Origin: Streblomastix strix
Taxonomy: Eukaryota
Reading direction: 5' to 3'
Assembly (NCBI GenBank): GCA_008636045.1
Contig: SNRW01000051.1
Location: forward strand, 1-34,580
Length of the DNA stretch: 34,580 bases
The notes under the pieces were generated by a model, which searched no databases, was not told the DNA's origin, and saw nothing but the letters and a program-made list of their open reading frames with translations. Of this stretch, positions 1 through 10,554 are shown piece after piece (the first letter of the stretch is position 1; every line of letters starts with the position of its first letter). A program made the position numbers and the translations under genes.

Positions 1-27
1 TCAAACAGCAGCAATATTACATATGTA

Positions 28-1089
28 AGCAGTATAGAATGAAGAAGTTTGGCGTAACTTCAAAATCTTATTCATTATAATCAATTTTTCCACGATTTTA
101 GTACATACCCCGTCAATTTGCTATTTTCCTTAGAGCGGAAGCACATACATTAGTATGATTCCATTAATCGTAGGAAAATGCACAAATTGATGAAATAGAC
201 AAAGCGTGGATAAATTGATTATAATAAATATTAATTTGAACTTAGATGGATCCGCTCAGGAGCGACATCCATAATTTTATTTAATAAAAAATATTGTATA
301 AATTTTATGAACAATTTTCATAAGTGCAAAAATCTTAATTTTGCATGAATGTGAAAAACAGAAAAAAATATAATTTTTTCTCTACGCTTTGAGTTGAGTG
401 TATTATATCTTGAATTTTTAAAATTTATATTTTTATAAAGATTTAAATTTATTTTATATCATAATATTTCAGAAGCATCCATACGTGCCGATAAAAATTA
501 AAAAAATTAGAAATTCTCAATTTTAGCGAGTAATTTTATTTTATTATGTCATTTTCCAATAAAATTGAATAATAAATTTTATTTAATAAATAAATTGAAT
601 GGTAACTTTTTATTTTAGTTGAGATACGCGTGTATAATATGAAAAAAAAAATTAAAAAAAGATTTTCTTAGAAATATAGATTAAAAATATATATTTTTAT
701 TAGTGATTTACATTCAAATATTTAAAATTAAACAAAATAAATTAAATTAATAATAGTATTAAATGTATATCTTGCAAAAATCAAGAATTTCTTTTTTTGT
801 CAATTTTCATCGGCGCGAACGGCTGTTTAAGAAATATTATGATATAAAATAAATTTAAATATTTTAAAAAATATAAATTTTAAAAATTCAAGACATAATG
901 CACTCAATTCATAGCGTATAGAAAAAATTACATTTTTTTCTGTTTTTCACATACGTGCAAAATTAATATTTTTGCACTTATGAAAATTGTTCATAAAATT
1001 CTTACAATATGTTTTATTAAATAAAATTATGGATGTCGCTCCTGGGCGGAACCATCCACTTACGGCAAACATTCTTCTTCTGAGCAATG
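28..1089 (+). repeat. Left TIR of the Polinton (28-244 plus 1063-1089), interrupted by a foldback MITE
   Basis: 28-244 matches the reverse complement of the right end with ~11 mismatches in 217 nt by manual count. Similarity resumes after the insert (CGGCAAACATTCTTC...GAGCAATG). Confidence 0.93.
245..1057. mobile_element. Non-autonomous foldback/MITE-like DNA transposon with ~285-bp imperfect TIRs
   Basis: GATGGATCCGCTCAGGAGCGACATCCATAATTTT (245) pairs with AAAATTATGGATGTCGCTCCTGGGCGGAACCATC (1056), and the inverted match extends ~245-530 vs ~771-1056. ACTTA is duplicated at 240-244 and 1058-1062. The other two TIR copies show the empty site GAACTTAC. Confidence 0.9.
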
Positions 1090-1378
1090 ATAAAACCTTC
1101 GCAGCATCAATGATGCTAATTAATTAATAAAAATAAATTAATAGGGGTTTCACTTATTGACATTTAAATAATTTTTATGATATGTTTCCTATATGCGTAT
1201 TATATCACGTATATGATTTAACATAAAATATAGATTTGATGCTTATTTTTTCTTTGTTTCATTATTTTTAATTTCATTATTAAGTCATTAGTATTTTTAT
1301 TGTAATTTTTGTTCAAGATCTTTATTATATTCATTCATTTTTTTGTCCATTTTGAATAGATAACAAAAAATAAATGTA

Positions 1379-1996
1379 TCAATATAAATCAAAATCATTG
1401 CATTCCTATTACTCTTATTCTAATGGTTGTTCTTAAATGATTTATTATGGCTCCTATTAAATTTATTACGGCTCTTCCTTTTCAACTATCTATTTTGACT
1501 ATTTGTTTCGTTTTGCTTTTAATTTATATTTCTCTATTTGTTTGATAGCATCTAAATGCTATTGATTAATAAATGAATTTTTATTTCTTAATTTGACTAA
1601 TTCTTCTAAATCAAGTTGTGGATTAGTATAATTAATTTATGGAGTTTTTGATATTTTTACAACCCTTTTTCTAATTTATTTCTTTAATGGTTTTTCTCTA
1701 ACTTTGCTTATGGAATCGTCACTTTCAACTTAATCTTCGTTCTGTTCATAAGATATAAAATCTTCATCTTCTATTTATTTTTAAGATGCTTTTTAAACGT
1801 TTTTCTTTGGAGCAACCCCTCCTCTAGCTTATAACACTAATTTATTCTACTCTGTTTAAGTTAAATTTTTAAGTGTCTTTTTTCCTTCTTCGAACACTTT
1901 AATATCTTTATTAATTTGTATGACATATCCGTTGTCAAAGTATACAATATGTGTTCCATTCTCTATTAAATTCTTCAATACGTGTCGTAAGTCCAT
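1379..1996 (-). CDS. Polinton hypothetical protein, 205 aa, Lys/Gln/Glu-rich
   Basis: Open ATG-to-TGA frame in table 6: MDLRHVLKNLIENGTHIVYFDNGYVIQINKDIKVF...EEPQQIQQEPQQ...FDLY*. Confidence 0.75.
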
Positions 1997-2073
1997 TGGA
2001 ATAATTTTAAATTAAGAAAATGATAAAGGGCATAGAAAGTAATTAAATTCGCAAGTCAAAATCTAAAAAATAA

Positions 2074-2742
2074 ATGTCTGAGATTAAACGTAAAGAACTA
2101 ACTTATGAAGATAAAATTGGATTGCAACTGATCGATAAGGCTATCAGTAGGATTAAATCAATGCCAGCGGTTGATGAATCCATCAAGCCTAAAGAAAATG
2201 TAACATAAACTGATAATGAAATTATTACATCAACGCTTGAATAATTAATCCTAACAGAATAAAAAATTACTAAATATGAGTGTAAATATAATAAAGATAA
2301 ATATAAACAAATTGATAGAACAACAGCATAGGGTGAACCTGATGAAGTAGTTAAAAATACTTATCTTTCTCATCCAAATCTCGCTGTAATGAAATTCATT
2401 ATTAACTGTTTATGGAAATCGGTAACAACAAGGAAAAGAGGAGATGATTTCATATTCTCATCAGATATTTTTATTAAACTTTGTTCATTATTTACTTAAG
2501 AAAATGAAGATGACATTGAAATAATATTAGAAGAACAATTGATTTAGTCACATTCATGCATAGGAAAATCATATGAATAGAAAGTTTTGATTCGCGTGAT
2601 CTATGTATTAATTAAAAACGTTAGAATATCAGTTATTGATAATGTATTATTCAATTCTATTGAGAAACTGTATCGTGTGAACAAAGACTCTGTTCGTTCA
2701 TCTGATGCTCCTACATCAGAGATTACCAAAGATGATTTTTGA
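2074..2742 (+). CDS. Polinton hypothetical protein, 222 aa
   Basis: Open table-6 frame MSEIKRKELTYEDKIGLQLIDKAISR...YLSHPNLAVMKFIINCLWKSV...EITKDDF*, divergent from the previous ORF. Confidence 0.75.
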
Positions 2743-2791
2743 AATAATTATTTTAGATGTCTAATTTTTTACTATTTATTTATTTTTACCT

Positions 2792-4056
2792 ATAACCAAA
2801 ATTCTTTCACAATCCGAAATACTTAGAGGAAAATTGCTCTTGAAACCTTAAATTATCGCAAAGGAAATATGCGTTGAACCAATATATTAATGTAACGATG
2901 ATTTCTATTAACGAACAGTAAATTAATATGGTAAACCATACGATAAGCTATTAAAGCGTTATGGAAATAATCTATGGAATCCATAATTAATTTATATAAT
3001 GATCGAAAAAAGAAATAATGAACATATTGATGATACAATCAAATAGTATAACTAACAAATGAAGGAACTTAGTGATAGAACTAATCAGCTTCCAATATGT
3101 AACTTTACTGATGCTGAAGCAATTAAATTATATGAAATGAAACATGCAATTAACTATATGTAAGAACAAACAAAATATAATTAATACGGATAATGTGGAG
3201 TTAAAAATGAAGTTAATTGTATATAAACTACGTTTGATGATCGATTATTTTTTGCAATAAAAAGGATCAAAACTTAAGTGATTTAGATATATTTGATGAA
3301 GAAGAATAATCTATGTAATAAAAACAGGCAATTAAATTAATATAATTGTAGAAATAGTAATAAAAATAGATAAATGATAGGAATAATTTATTTTAAATCA
3401 TTGATTCAGAAATAATAATATACTTTAATTATTTGAGTTAATTCTTTAGAAATTCATTCGATTTTGTTAATTTGCATTCTGATTAAATTATAGGTGGAGT
3501 AAAGATATTTTTATAACCTATCATAGTTGGTAAAATTATTAAATAAGGTGAAACAAGTAATTAAATACTATTAGCTAATTGAGATATTACAGATAAGGAT
3601 TAATTAGATTAAGAATTTATTGAAAATGCACGTTATTCATCAATTGCTTATGGAATATATGAATCACGATCATGGAGCATATTAACAACATAAAATAGTA
3701 GAGTATATATTTCACTATAAATAACTCATTTTAATCCAGATACATTATGGTAATCAGGATATACTTTATTCCCAATCGTTGATAATGCTATAAAACCAAA
3801 ATTCAGTGGAACACCAACTAACATACCATTAAATGCAATAATATATGTGACTAAATAATCTAATAATCCAGTAGCATTGACTAATGTAGTTGCTATTGAT
3901 TATTACATTAATACTAATGGTAATGTTATAATTAATACATATTGTTCGTTTTGGCTACCTGATGGTTTTGCTATTTAAGAATGTGATTCATATGCTATTC
4001 ATAATTAGTCGGCTAGTCGACAAATTTAAAAATATACAAATGAATCCGATTAATGA
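2792..4056 (+). pseudogene. Decayed second fibre-like protein (coiled-coil N-part, fibre shaft motif, beta-rich C-domain)
   Basis: Frameshift near 3250 and in-frame TGA at 3580-3582 (LLAN*D, probably from GGA). The motif DQIIGGVKIF...KIIKQGETSNQILLAN(G)D resembles NQTITGVKTF...NEILLADG in the 6426-8438 protein. The start is uncertain (ATA at 2792 follows the TTATTTTT motif). Confidence 0.55.
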
Positions 4057-4184
4057 AACAATCATCTATTCTATAGAATAATTGAACTTTAATTGGTATG
4101 CTATCTTTAAACAATTTGGAAAGTAGCGATTAAATAAGGGTGCGAATCAAAGATATGCAAATGAAAAATAATTATTTTTGCTTT

Positions 4185-6129
4185 TCAACCAGCATTAAAC
4201 GTACTTCCTCCAATCTCACCAATACCGTCAATATTTAACACTTACTGATCAGGATTATTATCAAATGTAATTCGCATAAATGCATCACAAAAATAATGTA
4301 GCATTGGAGTAATAGATGCTTTAGTTGGATCAGGATAACTTCCCATAGCAATAAATTCTTTAAAGTCATTTCAGTTATATTTTTATTTATCTTTGTACTA
4401 TCTAATACTCATTTAGTCAAATTATCATGTAAAATAACTTATGTATTTGTTCTTACACCTAGTTTTGAAGAGTTATATCCTCGCACAAATGAATCATTAG
4501 TTGCCAATTTTTATACAAGCATATATTTGTTACGATATAGTGTTTTAGTAACTTTTGTCCCATCAAATAATATAGATATAGCAAATACATTTACATCTCC
4601 ACTTCCATAAAAACCATCTTTATCAGTGCAGTTTAAATTTTTAAATGTAAGTGAATGATACAAATCTGATGGGGCACTAACATCATTTTAATCAACGAAA
4701 CAATCAAACATTAATCCATTAACGGTATGTGTTAATGCTTCAAATGGTTAAGTAACTACATGTCTTTAATCAATAATTAAATCAAAATCATAAAAATAGT
4801 ATAGGATAAAACCAAATTGGATACTATGGCATGATAAATGTCATGAATAGTGATTTTATATTAGAGAATGACGTAATACTTTACATAGCACAACTTGTTT
4901 CAGTAAAACCACTAAATGGGAAATTTGATGATTAAGATCTGAATACTTAGGTAGGGAAATTTACTATTTTTTACTTTTTAATCATGTTAACTATTGCTTC
5001 ATCATTTTCAACATTAAAACATATGTTCTATATCTCCAATTTTTCAAATTTTGCATTGTTAATTTAACTGATACTATTCTATGGTCCTCTCTAATCATTA
5101 CCAGCATTTTACATATTAACTATTCGTAAATTAAATTTCTAATAAGAAAATACCCCATCAGCTGTAGGTTCTTTTAATAGATATACTATGTCGGGTTTCT
5201 CAGGTAGAATCATGTGATAAGCCAAGTGTTTGTTTTATATTGCATCTTATTTGTTAAGCCAAACTACCTTCAAATCCTATAGATAATCTTATATCCAAAG
5301 TTATAGAAATAGTGAAGCATAATTCCTAGTAATAACAGGAAATGAATTAAAGATTGAATTTAATTAGTTAAGATCAAGATCACCACTAAATGTAGTATCG
5401 AAGTGAATTTTAAAATGCCATGGAGTTGTATCACATTTTGCATCAATATCAAATAGAGGCATATCAATAAATATTCCACAATGATGTTTACCACTAATTA
5501 TGCTTTCTAGTGGAGAAACACTAACGCTATTGCTTGAATATAAATCACTCAAAGAATTAGAACTAATAGCAGCATTTTCTCTAGCATATATTGAAGTTCC
5601 CCATAATGCAGTGGCATCACGAATCAATTGAAATTGGCGAAATGGTCCACACGCAGTGGAGAATCTAAGCCAAAAACGTAATCGATCAGAATTATCAAAT
5701 CCATCAGCTTATTTTCCATAATACTTTTATGCGCTTTATTTCAAATTTTTTATAACAGGAGCTTATGAATCTACTTTACCATTGAAGTTAATTCTCTTAT
5801 TTGAATCATCATCTTCAATATTGGTTTCATTTAATTATATCGCGAAAGTATTTGCAGGAATGGTAATTGTCCAATTCACTTAGCATGTTTATACCATTGA
5901 ACACGTAGCAATTCCCCTTGCTCATAGAGGTGCTCTAGTATATTTTACTCCACTAGATGTTTGTTCATTTACTGGTTAATCGGAGAATTATTGCTTGGAA
6001 ATTGAAAATTATCCAGCATGAATAGTTAATGTTTTTAATACTTCACCTAATTATATATAGCCAGCAACGTAATCAGAGTGTTACATTTTTTTGCAAACGG
6101 GCTATATAATCACTAGATTTGAATGTCAT
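4185..6129 (-). pseudogene. Putative major capsid protein (divergent double jelly-roll), ~645 codons, disrupted
   Basis: Long beta-rich reading MTFKSSDYIARLQK...FWLRFSTACGPFRQFQLIRDATALWGTSIYAREN...MLHYFCDAFMRITFDNNPDQQVLNIDGIGEIGG, with several frameshifts and TGAs. The MCP call is inferred from size, composition and context, not from a search. Confidence 0.6.
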
Positions 6130-6195
6130 TTCATTAAAACAAAAATAACTGTACTTTGATGACGATAATGATAATAAATTTTATATTAAATCAAA

Positions 6196-6405
6196 ATGGG
6201 ATTCTTCTCTGGAATAACGAATTTTGGATCGAAAATTTTAGGCGGTGTTAAGATAGCGGCGTAATGGGTAGCATCAGTATTATAAAAAGTTTTATCAACA
6301 ATATCTGGTCCTGTTGGAATGATTCATCCAGCTATTGGTGGCGCATTAGGTGATGGAGCTAATTTAGCAGGTGTTGTTGATCGATTGGTAAATAAACGTA
6401 ACTGA
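6196..6405 (+). CDS. 69-aa amphipathic Gly-rich peptide, candidate membrane-penetration protein (adenovirus pVI-like)
   Basis: Intact ORF MGFFSGITNFGSKILGGVKIAAQWVASVLQKVLSTISGPVGMIHPAIGGALGDGANLAGVVDRLVNKRN*. It has an N-terminal Met-Gly and lies between the MCP and fibre genes. Confidence 0.8.
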
Positions 6406-6425
6406 TGCAATTTATTTTTGAAGAA

Positions 6426-8438
6426 ATGAATAACACATTATCGTAACAATAAATCCGAACAGTTAGATAGTTAATCACTAACGATATTGCTTACTTTATT
6501 CAATATTAGAATTTAGGAAATTCTAGTGGTGGAACGATGTCAAACGATGAATATCAATTATTCATAGATAATAACAATGCATTAGTATACACCGCTAACA
6601 ACTAAATCGTCGATGGAATAACATCAGATTACGCTTTAAAAATAAAATCAAATGGGCTATTAACGATAAATAATTTGAAAGTGATTAATTTTGATTTTGT
6701 TGCTTAGATTAATTAGTTGATTAATTAAGTGAATTTATTATAACAATCAATTGGAACAACTGAATAGGATATCACTGATATAAAAAATGATATTGATACC
6801 ATTAATTATGAATTATCAAAATAAACACATTTCAGAGGATATTATTTATTGAATGCAGATATATAAAATTTGCCTAATTTCGCTAATGGTGATTTTGCTT
6901 TTAGTGCTGAAAGTGGAACAGTTTGGATGTTTGATGCAGCTTGATATAATGGTGGAGATATTGTGCCTGATCAAGTTACACCAACTAATGATGCAACACC
7001 ATTATCTGATGGTACAGCAACTGCTGGAATTAGTACAGATTATTAACGTGGAGATCATGTTCATACATTAAATATAACATCTACTATTCCATCTAGTGAT
7101 TCTGCTAGTGGATCATTTGATACAATTAATTAATATGAAAGAAACGATCATTCTAATCCTCTTAATATAACAACTTCATTACCTCCACAAGATAGTACAA
7201 GTGAATCAGTTGGCACAACTAATTATTACGCTAGAAACGATCATTCACTTCCAATTAATATAGAAACTAATGCTTCAAATATTCCAATAGTTAATGGTGT
7301 TGGTGTTAATGGAACATCAGACGTTTACTCTAGACATGATCACGTTAATCCATAGAAATTGACATATGACGGAAATGTTACAGCAACTAAGTTCATTAAA
7401 ACTGGAAGATTAACTTCAGATGCATTATGTGTTAATGGTGATATAAAAGCAATATCAGATATTGTTAGTAATTATGTTTACTTAATAACTAACTAAACTA
7501 TTACTGGAGTAAAAACATTTGATTCATTTAAGAAGACTAATCATACAAATAATGAAATATTATTAGCTGATGGGACTACTAAAAATGCAGTTTTAGCTAA
7601 AATTAATTATTATATAACAACTACAGAAAAATATATCAAATTGAGTTAATTTATTCCTTATATTAATATAAATAATGTTTCGGTTGAATTTTACATTAAT
7701 TGTAGGTATGCTTTTGGATTATTGCAATTCAGTTAAAATTATACCACCGAAGGAATTAGCCAATACTCTTATCATTTAGATTCTAATACATTTTTTAAAA
7801 GGGCTTATATTTTATTTTAAAGGACAGGAACTACAGATTATGGTGAATTATGGTGTAATAAGAATGCATGGAATAATAGTGTTTAAATACAATTAACAAG
7901 ATAAAATACATTTCCAGATTTGATATCAAATGTATTAGATAGTGAAATGGTTGATGCTTTACCTACGGATTATTCAAATAAGTTTTCTTTATTCTCGAAC
8001 ATGTACTAATCACCATTTTAAATTAATCCAATAGCTGGAAATTTTAATGAAGGACTACATATTGCTAATACTTCAAGTAATATATGTTTATTTTCAATAG
8101 GTTGCGATCCCAATTCAAACACTGGTGCAATAGCTAATTAATGGTCATTAATTAGAAGATCTGATGGTGCATAAGTTATTACACTAACCGCAAATTAAAA
8201 TATTTGGAGTAAAAGATTACTAATGAGTGCTGATGGAAATACATTAACTTTCAATGGATCAGTTATTGCAGGAACTGGAGTAACAAATGGTGCAACTAAT
8301 GGCACGGTTAATTATTCTGCTGGTAATCCAATCTTATGAGGTTTAAATAGTGTTGGAACAGAAGGTGGATTCTATAGTGATGGAGCTAAAATATATTGGA
8401 GAGCACATCCATTAACATTAGGATTAGTTCCTCCATGA
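6426..8438 (+). pseudogene. Fibre/spike-like protein (670 codons) with phage tail-fibre-type repeats and two in-frame TGAs
   Basis: A single frame with a coiled coil, four YxRxDHxxP-type repeats (~7040-7355), a QTITGVKTF motif and a G/S/T/N-rich C-terminus. TGAs fall at 6942 (DAA*YN) and 8337 (PIL*GL), both plausible Trp sites. Confidence 0.75.
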
Positions 8439-8468
8439 ACACTTTGACTGATGTTTATTTTTACAAAA

Positions 8469-8927
8469 ATGGATAAACAATAAACCTAACCGATCAAACA
8501 ATTATTTAATGAATTAGATAAATATCACTTTAATGATATCGATACGAATAAAGTTACAATTGAAGCATTATAAAATTTGTAAAAGAATGATGTAAAAGAA
8601 AATATCCATTCATAACTCTAAGAATTAATGAGAATCAATAAAATGTTCACTAATCAATAGCAATAAATATAAAATATAAAGAAAATGGTAAATGAAGAAG
8701 ACTATAAAAATAAGTTATTTAATGAATAGGATAAATATATCAAAAATAAATATCTACTAATTAAAAAGTCATTAGATCTAAACAATTAACCATAAAAGAT
8801 AAAGAAATACATTATCTCTGAAGCTAGTGAAAAAGAAAAATAGATTTATAATTAATTTGTGAATGATGAATAATACAGTAACTTTGTCAATTATTATCAG
8901 CTTAATTTAAAATAATAAGATTGTTGA
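8469..8927 (+). CDS. Polinton hypothetical protein, 152 aa, helical and charged
   Basis: Open table-6 frame MDKQQTQPIKQLFNELDKYHF...NLKQQDC*, preceded by TTATTTTT. Confidence 0.65.
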
Positions 8928-9514
8928 TATATTAAATATATTTGATTATCTCTTCAATTTTATCTTACATTGGTTCTAACAAACAAAAACGTTATTTTAA
9001 TTGATCATACAATTATTTTTCTTTAATTTATAGATTATTTATCTCAATTAATGCTTCAAATATTTTGAATATTTCATACTCAGATGCATTATATTATAAG
9101 TCAATACTTCTTGATAAACTATATAATTGTTCCATTCCATTTAACTCAAAAAATTTATTTAGTGGGATTATTTAACATTTTAAGATAAAGGATATATCTC
9201 CAATTAGTTGCTAATTCTAAATCTTTATTGGCTATAGCTTCGTTCAAAAATGTTTAGATTTATTCTTCTTACAGCTATGACCAATGAATACGTGGTTAAT
9301 TCTTGTCCATTTTTCTTTTGTAAAAGAATTGTATGATGCAAATCGTTATATTTAATGGGACCAATGCCATATCAAAATAACTCCATAATGTTTTTACTAC
9401 ATTAGCGGTGTCTCAGAATTTCTCCGGTATGGATGCTGATATGATTGATGTTATAAAATTAACGCCATAGAACATGTAATTCATTATTCCCATGATCAGA
9501 GATAGTATATTCAT
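8887..9514 (-). pseudogene. Putative membrane protein with two N-terminal hydrophobic segments, disrupted
   Basis: MNILSLIMGIMNYMFYGVNFITSIISASIPEKF*DTANVVKTLWSYFDMALVPLNITICIIQFFYKRKMDKNQPRIHW..., with a TGA at 9413-9415 and a frameshift in the A-run near 9150. Confidence 0.55.
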
Positions 9515-9530
9515 TTCATTATTTTTGAAA

Positions 9531-10523
9531 ATGACATTATAAGAATTATATGAAATAACATTTACTAATCAAGATCTATTGAACGAATATAAAACTGCAC
9601 CATTAACGATGAATTCATTGTTCATTATTAATGGTAATCATTATATTGTTGAAGCTGTTGGAAGTGGTAAAACAATGTTACTGTGTAAGCTAATTGTGAT
9701 TTCTAAGAAAATCATTAATCCCTTCATATTAAACTTCTCGAATTACTGTGCAGATGAAACTATGGCATTAAACCTTAATAGTAAGAACATTTAATAAACG
9801 AATGTGACTTATGGAGAAGTAATGATATTTCTACCAGAATTTGATGAGATTAAATACTCAACTAAAGAGATGTATACGTGGTACAAGATGAATGAGTAAA
9901 AATTATCATACACTAGTGATTTCATTAAGCGAATGGAAGAGTAAATCTTATAAAATAATGAGATAAAAAAGAATGAAAAACCTAATGATTATCTTAATAA
10001 AATTGCTGAACTATTCAAAGAAAAAGTAATCAAAACCATTAACACATATAATTAACCAACCAAAATATTGAGATTCAATATTCCTGCACTAATTCAAAAC
10101 GTTAGTTACCAAAAGAAATTCAAAATTACCGAAGATGAATCTAATGCTGACATAAAAATAAAAAAAATACCTATATTAGAAAAAGCTTAATTACTCCATA
10201 CGTTAATGCTCTTCGATGATATTGGTTCTAATGCAGATATACAACGATTCAGTTCATAATTATCTAAAACAATAATGCATTTGGTTAGTGATTCAAATCA
10301 TAGTAAAAATACTATTTTCTTTATCGCTTAACGTCCAACTTATTTGTTCAAGACAGCGAGGATATTAACCCATGTAATTTGCTTAGGCGTTAATCTTGGA
10401 GAAAGTGATCTAAGATAAGTGTACGATGAAAATACTATATAAAATTTAGATTTTGATGAATTCCAATAATTGTATAATACATTAAAGAAATATGAGTTTA
10501 TCATATTGAATAAGTGGATTTGA
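9531..10523 (+). CDS. A32-like (FtsK/HerA family) DNA packaging ATPase, 330 aa
   Basis: Walker A YIVEAVGSGKT (9651-9674, first Gly replaced by Glu), Walker B LMLFDD (~10203-10220) and the SNH...TIFFIAQ motif. The frame is open to TGA 10521, and the original stop may be 10548-10550. Confidence 0.88.
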
Positions 10524-10554
10524 AAATTTGAGATTCTCAAAAATAAATGAAAGA

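Noticed and set aside
28..244. The palindromic ~220-bp repeat as an independent MITE in three copies
   Set aside because: Two copies are inverted, bound the viral genes and share a 6-bp TSD outside AGT termini, so they are Polinton TIRs.
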